Shown one piece after another: positions 40,588 through 53,820 of a stretch of DNA of 64,000 bases. How positions within the stretch are numbered: the first letter of the stretch is position 1; every line of letters begins with the position of its first letter. Made by a program: the position numbers and the translations under genes. Origin of the DNA: Gnetum montanum. Lineage: Eukaryota > Plantae > Gnetophyta. Under the pieces are notes generated by a model. That model was not told the DNA's origin. It saw only the letters and a list, made by a program, of their open reading frames with translations, and made no database searches. Location: contig MNCI01002098.1 in the NCBI GenBank assembly GCA_015680685.1, positions 847,486-911,485 on the forward strand, given 5' to 3'.

Positions 40588-41436
40588 TGCTGAAAGGCAA
40601 GGTACCCCTATGCTCAACCATATCAATCACAAGTGTTCATGTACTATCTGGTCAAATTTCATGGATGGGACTAGTTGTGGCATCTAGATCACTATGCCTT
40701 GATCGCAGTTCACTATCTTTCCAATTGGACTAGTGGTAGCTTTGTCATGTACGGTTTAGTCCAAAGTGAGTCGATGATGTTGTCTCTAATTCTATGCTAC
40801 TTCTAATAACAATAAAAGGGTAAATTAATTAAACTAATGGGTGATGAAAACAAGGCCTAAACTAGCTTATGTGCAATGAGTATCCAACCTTAATTGTCCT
40901 TATACATCTTGGACTTTGTGAAACTACTTTTAGGACTACCAAGCATATTTCACTGGGTGTGCTAAACAATACACTTCTAGAATACCAAGCATCTATATTT
41001 AAACACTCGTGATTGAGTTGTACACATTCCACTTAATAATAGGAATAGGAAATAGCAATAAATGGAAACATTTAACTAGAGAAAGCAAAAAATAATTAAC
41101 ACTTAAAAGTAATAATAATCTAAGAGAATGCTGCAATCATGGAAGTAATCTTGACCTTTATCACCAGTCATGTAACATGTCCAAGTATGTCACACTCGAA
41201 CAAAGGTGTCATACAATTACAAACATCACACTGCAAGCATGCACTAGAAATGACAAACTCTAAAGAAAGGAAATAGAAAACTAAAACTATCTTCTACTTC
41301 TTCCTCTCTCAACTATGTGCCCAAGTGCTACATTTATAGGCCAACCCAGAAGAGGCGACGTTGGATATCTAACATCATTTCCTGGCTACGATGTTGCGTA
41401 TTCGACATCGAGGCCTAACAAGATGATGACTCATCA
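40588..41436 (-). mobile_element. Solo LTR (element B/C type)
   Basis: Termini tgctgaaagg...actcatca. TSD CTAAT at 40583-40587 and 41437-41441. Aligns with 26471-27352. Confidence 0.9.
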
Positions 41437-41826
41437 CTAATTCAACCAATTACCTTTTTATAATATCCTTTAAGAAACATTATTATTTATTAAGAAGTGA
41501 TATCAAGGTAAAATAATATTAGCTAAGTTGCATATTAAACTTTTAGTGAGTATTAATTAATTGATTTCCATATTTGACCAAGAACTAAAGGTGCTAGACC
41601 TACTCTTGAGTTTTGAATGGTTTTCATATTAAGATTTTCACTAGAACATTATAGTAAAAGCAAGATACAACACCATTAGTTGGGATTTACCATTAATGCC
41701 TCAACTAACTCATTGTGCATAAAAAGAAATATCAAGGTACAACACATTTAATTGGGTTTCCTAGTAAATTTTACACCAATTGGTTGAGACTCCAAGGTAG
41801 TAGGCCTAATCTTGACTTTTGACTTG

Positions 41827-44031
41827 TGTCACACCCAAAATGAAAAATCTTATGCCATAGTTCAAATGAAACACTCAAGTACTCCTTATACATGATATGC
41901 CCTAGTATTGAGATTTAAATGAAGTCAAACCTAAAATAAAATAAAATAAAATATTTATTACATAATATAATTGACAAAAAGGATGATTTTGTGACTCACA
42001 CGGGGATATATATACAAGTTATACCTCAAAATAAATATTATAAATGACTAGAAACTTAAAAAAAAGATGAATGACATCAAAACCAAAAATAATAGTTACT
42101 CTAATTTTATATTAAAAGTTACATCCAACATAAGAGGTTTATATCACTATCATTCAAAACACTATGCAAATTCTCTAATGTTATTTAAACATCAAGACCA
42201 TTACAAAATAGAAAATCACATGGCGATCATACAAAATAAGAAAGCATCTAAAGTGCATCATGTGTTTCTAAATCCTAATAGCTCTAAAAGAAATCCTTCA
42301 AAAGAAAGAAATACTACATTAGGCATAATCAAGAAACTTAGCATCATAGTTACTAACACTCGAATTTGCAAGGCTTGCATACAAAGATATATAAGAAGGG
42401 TTAAAAAATATTCTACTAAAGGAACTAATCTTAAGATCATCCCAAACAAGAATTAAAATGAATGGATCTCATAGTTGTAAAATATAAATAACAATCCAAG
42501 CGATCTTAATAAGTATCCAACTAATATTAATCTAACCATAATATTAGTACTATTTAAAGGATAGCATCTCATACTATCATACAGATGTTAAATGTTATTA
42601 CCCCAAGATTAGGTGCAAAGATAAAAGCAAAAAAGAACAAGCACTACTACCATGATCGATTTATCAAATTCATGATCTTCATGTTAGTTATGCCATAAAG
42701 ACTTCATATTCAAAGTGAAATAGCCTTGAATTTTTTTGAATCAACAATTTAAACATTCATCTCTTTGATAAACAATCTACATTAATTTTGGAGATACAAA
42801 TCGATATATTCATATTGATATTAATTGAAATTGTCACCACTGAGCAAAATCAACAAGGCTTATTTCAATTTTGTTGCATTTTGATCATAAAATTCCTAAC
42901 AATATAGTTCAAATTCTAATTCCCACCAAAGATATTGAATTCTATTAATTGCTATAACTTCTAATAATATCAGTAAAATCTTCCTAAGAGAAATTGATTT
43001 GATTAGTACTCTAACAATCTCTAGTAATAAAGGAAAACTAAATATTGATTTCAATCAATTCCTAGTGATATCAAGGGATATCCTTAAATTTTGAAAACTT
43101 TAAAAGCTTCTGTACATACTCCATCATTGGTATCATAGCTCCTAGAGTTCAAACCTTTGAAAAGTCATGTAATGAGACCACTTTGACCATTTCATGTCCA
43201 AAATTTACCAAAAGTATTTACAATCCCTCATAATTACTCTCATTTTAACATTCTCTAAATTTGAAACCCTTACATCTCTCAATTACTTTACATTAATCCT
43301 TACTTGTCTTAAATCACACTTGAATCTACACCTTTTCATCTCAAATCTACCAATATTTTGCAAATCCTACATCTTACAAGCCTTTAAATTTACAATTCAC
43401 TCAAAATAAAGCCAAATAAGCAAAGATATACCAAAATGAACCATCTTGGTATGAGTCACTATGAACCACTATGATTCACACCTAACTCACAATTTTGAGC
43501 TAACTATGAACCACTATGAGTCACACCTAACTCGCAATTCCTTATTGCAACTATCTATAGTTTACATGTAGTCACAACTACTTGGCCAACTTAAATAAAA
43601 GCTATGAATGACCTCCAAATAACTTTAAACTTGGAAATCAAATCTTTTATGACTTCTACAATTGTAGGAAACTACAACTTGGACTAGGAGGCCTTCTTAT
43701 ATCAAAAACTTATCTCTAAAAAGTTGAAGTTTAATAATGTTTTATGGGTGTAGTACTACATAATAACTAACCAAAATAAAATTTACAATGCTAAATGGAT
43801 TTCAAATTTCAACCATAAAATATATAAAAGATATATGACTTGACCATTAATAGTAATAAGAAGTAAAAAATTAAAAATTTTAACAAAATAATTTAACAAG
43901 TAAATTGTATTCACCTAAGATAATAAAGTGATCCTATTACTTAGTTTATGAAATTTAAAACAATCTATTGAAACACATCTAATAGTATTAAATCAAATAA
44001 TTAAACTTGTACAAAATTGTAGGTCATAACA
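41827..44031 (-). repeat. Probable ~2.2-kb 3' LTR of a Tekay-like chromovirus
   Basis: Termini tgtcacacccaaaa and ggtcataaca. PPT complement 'ttcccatcattcaag' at 44032 follows a chromodomain-bearing integrase. The left boundary is inferred from the terminus motif only. Confidence 0.6.
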
Positions 44032-47000
44032 TTCCCATCATTCAAGAATTTTTCACTTGAAAAATGTCAAGAAATTTAATCCTCATATCCACTTTAGTTT
44101 CACCAGTTACTTCTTAGTTTCCATGTCATTCCCAAAGAACTTTTATCATGGAACTATTTTACTCCACAATTGTCTCTCTTTACTATCTATAATCCTTATA
44201 GGATATTCTTGATAAAAAAATATTTGGTTGCAAGTCAATTTCATGCCACTCTATAACATGAGTGTTATCTAGGATGTACTTTTTCAAGACAAAGATATGG
44301 AAGATAGTGTGAATTCCATCTAGACTTGGTAGCAAGACTAACTAGTAGGCTACTTTCTAAATTTTTTATTATCTCAAATAGGTCAACATATCTTGGGGCT
44401 AATTTATCTTATATTCCCAAGTCTCATTAAGTATGTCATTAGATATACCTTTATAAAAATATAGTCACAAACTTGAAATCCAAGTGGTCTTCTTTTGTAG
44501 GTAGCATATTTGGTATATCTATCTTAAATAACCCTAATATAACCTTCAATAGTACAAGTATGTTTTGTAGTTTGGCCAATCAAATCTAGACTTATTTTCA
44601 TTTTATCTTCCATAATGTTTCATTAAAAAGGTGATAAGCATGATCTATCATAAAGGATCTCATAAGGAGTCACCTTAATCCTTGCATGATAATTTTTATC
44701 ATCTACAAATTCTACTAAAGGTAACAATTCATTTTCCTCTTCCATGTATTAAAGTCCATAGGCCTAGAGAATGCCTTCTAATGCTTTATTTATTCATTAG
44801 TTTGGGGATGATAGGCAGAACTTATATTTAGATTGGTGTTCATAATTACTTAAGATACTAAAATATAGAGATAAACTTGCCATCTATATTAAATATTATT
44901 TTAATTGAAAACCCATGTAATCTTGAAATTTCCATGATAATAACTTACTAATATCCTCAGCTATAGTAGTGATATGAATATTAAGAAAATAAGAAGTTTT
45001 TGTTGATAGATTCACCAATATTAAGATATTCATATCTTGGCATGATCCAAAATTTTAATGTAAGAGTCTTAGTAGTAAAATAGATTCACCACTAAAACCT
45101 ACCTCAATGAGAAGATTTTGCTAATAGATTCACCACTATTAATAAAATATAACCAAAACATTAGCAACAAGAATAAAAAGATATGAAGTAAGAAGGAAAT
45201 CTTGCCTTACAAATATGTGAAAAGTAATAAGTAAAGAACAACTCTTATTGATGCATATCTTGGCATTAACTTGAGAAAATAAAATGAAAGATAAAGAAGA
45301 ACTAGGCCAAAATTTTACAATATAGTTAATACAAAAGGTCATTCTATTGTATCATAAGCTTTTGCATAATCTAATTTAATAAGAATAATATTTTGATAAG
45401 AACCATAGCCAGAGTCATGGCCTTTACAATTGTAAAAACATTAACCAAAATAAATCTACCTATTACAAAATCTATTTGTTCTAAATTAACTTATTGAGGT
45501 AGGTATCTTCAAAATTTTAATGTAAGAGTCTTAGAAATAGTTTTATGATTAATATTCAATAGAGAAATAGATTAGGTGTTAGAATATACACTTACGATAC
45601 AATCATTAGTTAACTTTATTTATCAATTGTTTAGTTAAGGAATTAGCTTAAGCTATAGTTTTTTAATGGGAGATATGGTTTTCATTACAGCCTTCCAGAT
45701 CCTTTCCAAGCTCAACTCGCCTAGCTTGGTATTATATATTATATCACATATCCCATAGATCTACAACTTGAGTGTACTTAGAAAATAGCACTCTTGGATT
45801 ATGACAAAGGCTAATTATCTTCTCTATTTTCATTCACTTATCCCAAGGTTACCACGATATCTTAATTCACTTATCCATCAGAAGCTTTGAACTTCACCAT
45901 GATTATGAGTAGAGCTATTTCTTAGTCTAGGTTATCTCATCATTTGTATCTAAGAATATCCGTATTAGTTATGATTATCTATTATCCTAAGCTTATATCA
46001 TACACCCTCATAAGCTACCTCTAGTTTGGCTAGCCACTTAATTAAGTTACTTACATTGTGGGTTAGGGAAATTAATGAACTTTTACCTGAGTTCATCATT
46101 GATCTCCTTACCTCTATTCTAATCTTGCATATCATATCCCTATGGAAAATTCTCTTAGGCCCATTGGCAAGAGTATCCAATTCTAGCAATAGTTGTTACC
46201 TCAACACCTAGGTAAGTTATCCATTATACTATCTATTATTATTAGCTAGGAATAAGAGACCTTAAATACAATAACCAAGAGCCATGTGGATGTTTCACTT
46301 AGTGACATCTGAATTCAAAAATCATACATGCATGAGTAACTAGATGAGTGAGTAAGTGAGAAAGATGGATTACTAATAATCTGTTCTAATGGATCTTAAC
46401 CTTAACCTCTAACCGTAAGGTTTACTTGAACTTCTGAATCAACCTTTCACTAAATTGAAAGATCTTGAACCTACCTCTTTTGATCTTCTTTTCTTCCTTG
46501 GATTTGCCTACAACTATTGTACTTGGGTCCCTTAACCTAGGTTCTATTATTTTAAGATCATACTTTTGGATGTAAAAAGTTTCATTTGATTATCAAAGAA
46601 GGTGGTTTTATCCTTGAAAGGAATAGTATGATTGTTGAAACCTGTGCTCTAATTTGACTTGCCTCTTTATTGATTTACCTACCTCAAACCAAAAAGTAAA
46701 ATCCTTAGACTTTTCTTTTCTTTTTCTATGATTGATATTCCTCCCTCTACATATCCTATGATTTATCAGTCTTCCTTTCATTTTATATTATTATAGTGTC
46801 TAGTTGATAGAGTAGTAATACAAGGAGATAAAATGAAGTCTAGTAGCTTATGGCTTCTTTATCAATAACTAAATGAACTTTTCTTCTTGTTGGGCCAATT
46901 CCAAGTCTAGGTTTGAATCTTCTGATTAATAAATAAATGAATGAGAATGAAAGATGTTGTGTCATTGCCACTAAAATGACCAACTAACTAGCTATTTTTG

Positions 47001-47100
47001 ATGGGAAAAAAAGACCAAATCAATTCATGAATTTATAATGCATGTTGTGTCTCAAAGAACAAGTTCATGGAATAGTAATTTCTAATTCATGATAGTTTCA
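44032..47100 (-). mobile_element. Decayed, internally deleted Tekay-like gag-pol with integrase and chromodomain
   Basis: IHTIFHIFVLKKYILDNTHVI, EYPIRIIDSKERQLWSKIVP, KVLWE*HGN*EVT, ILVNLSTKTSYFL and ELRYRGNL. Confidence 0.7.
45139..45640 (-). mobile_element. L1-clade LINE reverse transcriptase fragment
   Basis: SISLLNINHKTISKTL, EQIDFVIGRFILVNV, IKLDYAKAYDTIE*PFV and VRQDFLLTSYLFILVANVL match the LINE RT motifs RPISLLN, Q.GF..GR, KLD..KAYD and RQG.PL.PYLF. Confidence 0.85.
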
Positions 47101-47739
47101 TGTTTAATGGTAGATGTATGTGTGATAGTAACTCTTGATTAATAGTAACAAAGAGTGTTGTTTATTGTTTTCTAGAAATGAGATTCTGACCTGGAGATTG
47201 GGAGAATATATATATATATATAATTATTATTCAACAAAATAATGCATATAGATAGATCAATCTATGATCAGTGACTCAAACCCACAAGGCCACACTGATG
47301 CAACCATACCAAGGCAAGTTATACTCATGCTCAACTTACTTTCATAACTAATTAGGCCATGTTTTGTATTCAAAATTGTTCATACAATATGGGGTATGCA
47401 TAGCATCCTTGTATTCATATTCATATTCAAACTAATACTCATAGGTAGTTAATAATTTTGTCTATCTTTCTATCTATCTAATAATACATATTACAATACA
47501 ACTAGCAACTTGCAGGTAGTGTCTTAATTGGCAAACATGGGTAATCAATGCATACATTAATCATGTAATGTAGCTAACTAGTCAATAGTTTTTCCTACTT
47601 AGCAAGTAAAGCTCACTCTGTACTTTCAATCCTTGCCTCCTTCACAAAGTTGTGGATATAGAACTTATGGAAGGCATGAGTTAGTTCTCAAGGATAGATC
47701 TTATTTTTTTTTTCCTTTTCTATCATGATTGAGCTAATC

Positions 47740-48530
47740 ATGTGCTTCATAGAATGATTGGGTTGACCCTCATCATGATCCAATTAGAAATAAAAAACAT
47801 ACATTACTATTTTAGTTAAGATACTTGGAATAATCATAAGACTTCTACTAGGAGTAATCTTCTTAGTGTTAGTCAAATATAAAGTAATATCTTTAGTGCA
47901 ATGTTGAAACAATCTTAATGTAGTTGGATCATTTAGATTATTGTAACCTTTAGCAAAAGGTTTGAAATTAGTTACAAAATAACTTCTTTGACTAAATAGT
48001 GGTAATTTTCTCTTTTTAAAATGGCTGTGGTGGTTACATTTATGCTAAGTTTGGATGTTTGGATTATTGTGCCTTTTGATTATGGTATGGTATTGTCAAA
48101 TTCAAACATAGGTATACTTTATCTATATTCCATGCCTTTGCTAGGTATTTATGGAGTTATTATAGCATGTTGGTCCAATAATTAGGAGGTAGCTATTTGG
48201 TCTCCTATAATACTAGGAATGATGGGTCAAAAATTAATTTGTGCTACATGTGTTGAATGATCCACTCTACACAAGTATGGATGGATTTCTAACTATAAGG
48301 TAGGTCCCTCCCCTCCTTCAAAGGCAAACCATGAAGCTAGATGAGCCATGTGACCCTTGCTACATATATATGAATAACAAACCTATCCATAAAAAATATA
48401 TTCTAATGGACATTGATAGATGTTAGGATAGATGAATTGCTAAGCAATTAATCGATCAATGATTCTTGTTGCTAAGTGTCCATTATAGTCAAGTCTCCAT
48501 CTTGCTCCCAACAAAGGATCAATAAATTAA
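47740..48530 (+). pseudogene. nad1: Nuclear copy of mitochondrial DNA (NUMT): nad1 exon 1 (~47797-48181) plus the start of the following group II intron
   Basis: Decayed translation ILGIIIRLLLGVIFLVL...NVVGSFRLL*PLAKGLKL...VTFMLSL...[19 protein letters not shown]...[13 protein letters not shown]. Followed by 'attaggaggtagctatttggtctcctat...gttgaatgatccactctacac', which resembles the nad1i394 5' segment. Outer limits approximate. Confidence 0.9.
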
Positions 48531-49383
48531 GAAGGATTGCATCCACAACCATAAATTACAACTTAAAAATGTAACTAGACACATCCATAGAATGCATATC
48601 ACTAATAAATTCTTACATTATTGTGGACCTGAATCCCCCATCAATAATCCATGGGCATGAAGTTACCACTGTTTCCCTAAGCAACCCCAATAACCTAATT
48701 ACCTAACACAGGTCCTATCTAACATTCAGTCATCAATTACCAAGGCTACTTGATCCTCTAGAAAGATAAGGAAAAGCACTTTTATGATATTACTCAGCTC
48801 ACCAGATGCTTCTATGCCCAATGTTAGATTATAAACCAAAAGTTACTTATTTAAACATGAGCATCCTAACTAGGTAGGAATAGGTAAATAGTAGCAAATA
48901 TCAAATCTTTGGTATTACCTATGTTCCTGTAACATATTACATACATGAGACTGCATATATGAACATGTCCATTATCTAGTCAAGGGTTGGAGTCTACCTT
49001 AGTATCTGAAACACCACAAAAATTTTGGCAACACTTCCAGAAAACTTTAGAGCCTCTGAAATGGCTTCAAGCAGCCCACCATGGAGCAAGCAAGGTCCCC
49101 CTGGGGCCCACAGATCACGATGACAAGTCTCGATATCAAGAACCATCCATTTTAAGGTCAAAAAGTGGAATTTTGGCTAAGTACAATGTTCTTGCGTTGT
49201 GTTTACGCTGCACAGCGTAAGGATTAGCGTCACCAATATTGGGGGCCCTGAAACTAAGTCAAAACAAGCCAAAATCAAGCACAAGGACCCCCCATGACCT
49301 TCGCCAAGGTCCCCAGCGGTTCCCAGCCTTTAGAAAATCAAGATTCGAGCATTAAATGAGGTGTTTTTGGCTGGTTATGCTGA

Positions 49384-49630
49384 AACACTGTTCATCTTAC
49401 GCTGCAGAGCGTAAGATGCGTAAAACACTATTCATCTTATGCTGCAGAGCGTAAGATGCGTAAAACACTATTCATCTTACGCTGAAACACTATTCATCTT
49501 ACGCTGTAGAGCGTAAGATGCGTAAAACACTATTCATATTACACTGCAGAGCGTAAGATGCGTGAACACTATTCACTACGTGAATACTATTCACTGCGTA
49601 AATACTATTCATCGCACAAACACTATTCAT
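49384..49630. repeat. Tandem 40-bp hairpin-containing repeat array decaying into ~18-bp units
   Basis: Unit aaaacactattCATCTTACGCTgcagAGCGTAAGATGcgt, about four full copies and one partial, then 'actattca' subunits. Confidence 0.9.
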
Positions 49631-49903
49631 TGAAGTTTCAGAAAATTCCAGAAATATCTCAGAAAATTGTAGAGAATTATCAGCATCAGTAACTTTCAGA
49701 ACATTCCAGAAAATTTCAGAAAGACTCAGAAACAAAGAAGTTTCATGCAAACGGGGGTCAAATTTCTCTTGTTGTACATTTCATTGTAAATCAACATATG
49801 TGGGCATGTTAGGCCCTCATGTTTAAATTAAATGTACTTTCATGGGCTTGAATAACCCATAAATTGTAAAATGCAATGTACCTGGTCAAGAACGTAGCTT
49901 GCC

Positions 49904-50005
49904 NNNNNNNNNNNNNNNNNNNNNNNNNNNNNNNNNNNNNNNNNNNNNNNNNNNNNNNNNNNNNNNNNNNNNNNNNNNNNNNNNNNNNNNNNNNNNNNNN
50001 NNNNT
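49904..50005. other. Assembly gap (N run)
   Basis: Run of n characters. Confidence 1.
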
Positions 50006-50480
50006 TCATCACATCACATTATCGCATCATCACTTCAGACATCATCCCGGGGCTTAGTGCTTGACCTGCCATCCACACGTGCAGCTACACTTCGACCGGT
50101 GCATACATTTTTATTAAACAATACAATACAGTTCATTGCCTTCCATTTACATTGTTTAATTCTATTTATGCTTTTTTTGCAATATAACTCTATTTACACT
50201 TTATTTATAATTCAGTACGCTCTGTTTACATTTTGTGTCGCTGTTTGCATTCCGTTTACATCCCGTTTACATCGTTCACGATAACCCTAGTGCTAGCCGT
50301 AACTTACGCTCGGGGAAGTCCTTGTTTGATTTGCGTGCAAACCATCCAAGGCACTCTGCCTTCGTTCCCTTTTCCAGCTTGCCCTCAAGCAAAGGCAGGG
50401 TCAGCTGTGGCTGCCCAACAATCTTTCGGTGTCTGTTTCCATTCCAGCCTTACACCGACGATTTAGGTCAGTACAGTATC

Positions 50481-51600
50481 CACCACTTGATCTACTGATA
50501 ACATAGAGATGGTATTCTCTTATGGACATTGAGCCATGATTCATCAGTGGAAAACAAAAAAAATGATGAGCTCAATGTATGCATTCAAAGATGATGAATT
50601 GAATGGTTTACAACATTATCTCATTTTCAATTTTTAGACATGAACTACGTAAGAATCATATCTTGAATACAAACAACAAATCATAATTAGTACAAATACA
50701 AAGGCAAATCATGGCAATCTCAAGTAAAATTAGTATTTATAATATAACCTATGGGCCAATAGGAATGATATGAAAACATCAAGCCCAACACTTATCTTAC
50801 TAAAGTAATTGTAGCCTAACCTTATCTCAACATTAGTTACTTAACATTGGCTAGTTACTTCTTAGCTTTACCTACCTATTGAAAAGAAAAGCTTTCTTAG
50901 GAAGAAGTAGTTAGATGATAAGTGATAACCATGGCCTTGTAGTCCTCATTGTTGAGAATAATATTTAGTCTTGAATAAGATAATCCCCATCCTAGAATAA
51001 GGAGGTCATTGGAAGAACACATTACAAAGGCATGGGCTATTTCAATGAAATAAGATGTGCATCATTCAATTAAGAACTTGGTGCATAAATTGTATGATTA
51101 AATAATAAGATCAATCAAATAGTCAAACTTATCATTGGAAAATCCTGAACTATAATAAACCAATGAATCAAATGCCATTAGGTCCCATGGTTTATCCATA
51201 AACATGATAACATGAATCTTAACATCCCAACCAAGTAGGAACTAGGATGCAACAAAGACAATAACTATATACTTTTATCATTAACATTTACCAAGGTAAG
51301 AAATTGACACATTTAATTTATGATTAGGAATATCTAATAGTTTCATTCACACACCAATGTAAGTTACAAATCACTACCCACCAACCCAATCTTTAAGTGA
51401 CCTATCAAATTATAATTTATAGAGATTGAGGCTTGACCAAACATGCAATAATGATAGAAACTCCAACAAGTTAGAATGTCATAGTCAAGGTGCCCTTTAG
51501 GTCCACTTAGAGAATGATAATCCAATAGGAAGGTATGTCACTAGGTAGATCACTAAGACATGTCCATAATTAGTAAAAGAGAAAGGAAGTTCCTACTCAT
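50481..51600 (-). mobile_element. Very decayed Ty3/gypsy pol remnant
   Basis: Faint integrase-like peptides (DGDYLLFK and a GL..P.P..PW-like region) with dense stops. Confidence 0.35.
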
Positions 51601-52342
51601 TAAGATAACAAATATTATGGATCACAAGTCAAAATACACAATCTTGCTAAGAATAAGGGATTCAAACCATGTTGAAAAAGCTCTACAAAATCATGAACAC
51701 ACCAACTAGTCTTGGTATAAGTTTGAGGTTATGAAGGTAGAATTATAGTATTTGTATCAATGGAAGATGGGGTAGTACCTATATTGATAGGAAAGGTTGG
51801 AGTATCACAAATCTTAAAGGTGGAAGATGTACGTAAGAGATATAGATGGAAGATCTATACTAGAATGGTCAAAAATGTCTCTACTGAAGGTAGGAGGCAT
51901 AGGTCTTCGGTGCTAAGTATTAGGTCAAGTGAGGTGCTATATCCTTTTTTCCCTACTACTGAGTGAAGTGACATCGAAAATGAAACTTATATTATATATT
52001 ATAATTTCTATATGCTTTACGTACTACCCTCGCTACCCCTAAACTACCCTGTGATAGGCACTACTATTGCATATATTCTAAAATTTCTATATTTACTACC
52101 TATCTTCCCATGCCCTAGTAATGACACAAAAGAGTAAAGAATAATGATATTTTCATATCCACTTGCAATTTGTTAGAATCCTTTCTTGCTACAAACAATG
52201 GCTTCAAATCTACTAGCACATTTAAATCTATTGTCACTTACATCTTTTACAACTTTGCCATGGATTAAAATCCACTCCAATTAGCTACAATTCTATCACA
52301 CTACACAGAATAAATTCAAATCTTCTATCACATTCAAATCTA

Positions 52343-53820
52343 TGTAAATTTGTACATCCACTTGCAAACACTAGAATTCTCTCATGCATTAAGAGTTTTT
52401 AATTTAATGATATACTAGAATTTTATGGATCTGATTCACATATGTGTTGCATTTTTTTCAGAAAATCAAATTTTAGGGATTTTTAATTGAGTGATGAACT
52501 AAAATTTTTCATTCTACAATTCTATGGTGTTGCACATGATGCATTCAAATCTACTATTGCATTTAAATCTCCTACTAGTAGCATATTTTGTAGCTTTTTC
52601 ACATATTAATATCTACTGCAATTTAATGTGATTTCAAAATGCTATAAACAACATGTTCACATATGTTCTTGGTAGAAAACTTTGCAATTCTATAACAAAT
52701 AAAGATTTAAATCATGTAAGTTATGAACCTTTTTTTTTTTTTTGAATTGAGATGTCCTAATTTCTATCTGCAAATTCCTATGATTTGTTCCATTCCCATA
52801 TTACAACTATTCCATCTACAAATTTCTATGATTCATTCTATTCTCATATTTTTAAAATTTTTTATAATTTGAATTTTCATATGATAATTTATAAATTCAA
52901 AATTTTAAGGTCATGATTGAATATGAGTTTTTTATAGATGTTTTATATAAATTTTTTTTCTAAATTAAAAATGATATTTTTTTTGAATATCTATAATCTT
53001 AGTTTTGATATGACATCAATTGCATCCTTGTCTCAACAAAATGGGATTGACTATATGAATTTTTTTGGACATTTTCTTCTATGAAGAGTTAGATTTTTAT
53101 TTATTTACAATTAGAATCCTTGTCTACTTTTCACAATATCTAGACAATGATGTTAATCATCATTTCTAAAGGATTTCCTAGGAAGCCTTTACCTATTTTC
53201 TTTACCCATTTTCCACTACAATTGGGCCTTATGACTACTGTTCATTGCATTTGGGAAATGCCCTAGAATTTCCAAAGTGTAAAAAGAACTCATCTATGAG
53301 ATTTGCCAAGGTTTTATACCTGGTTGCCAACCTATCACTTTTAATATGATAATTTACAAAAATGGAATTTTCATGTGATAATATTTTCATTTAATAATCT
53401 CATTTTTGATATGCAATAAAATTGGGATTTTTTCCTTCCATGATTTGTAAGTTCAATAATTGTTTGAGCTTGATTCATGTATTTTTTTGTATTCTTTTCA
53501 AAAATTATTTTTAAGATTTCAAAACTTTTTTATTTTATGATCAATTGAGATTTTTAGTTTAATGATATGTAAGAAAAGTGGGGTTCCCATTCATTGATTT
53601 GTAATTAATTATTTTTCCTTAAAATTAGGATCTTTGATTTATGGATTTGCCATTGTTTATAAATTTGCATATTCACTTGTAAACTTTGTAATTATCTCAT
53701 GCATCATGGGTTTTTAATTTAATGATAAATTGACAATTTATGGGTCTGATTCAAGTATGTTTTGCATTTTTTTTTTCAGAAAAATGTTTTTGAGATTTAG
53801 GAGTTTTTGCTTTAAAGATA
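52343..53820. repeat. Diverged ~150-bp direct repeat pair (52343-52500 and 53659-53820)
   Basis: Shared 'aaatttg.a.at.cacttg.aaac...ctcatgcat...tttttaatttaatgata...ttttatgg.tctgattca...ttgcatttttttcagaaaa'. Confidence 0.7.

Larger units (their letters stand above)
49007..50475 (+). mobile_element. Young LTR element (solo LTR or collapsed element spanning the N gap), Tat/Ogre-like termini
   Basis: Termini TG(aaacaccacaaaattt)...(ttaggtcagta)CA. TSD GTATC at 49002-49006 and 50476-50480. CpG-rich relative to its flanks. Strand is inferred. Confidence 0.75.

Noticed and set aside
42067-42456. 129-aa ORF
   Set aside because: AT-rich low-complexity translation inside a probable LTR with no recognisable motif.
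49384-49630. CRISPR-like palindromic repeats
   Set aside because: No unique spacers, no cas genes and a eukaryotic context. It is a tandem repeat inside an LTR.
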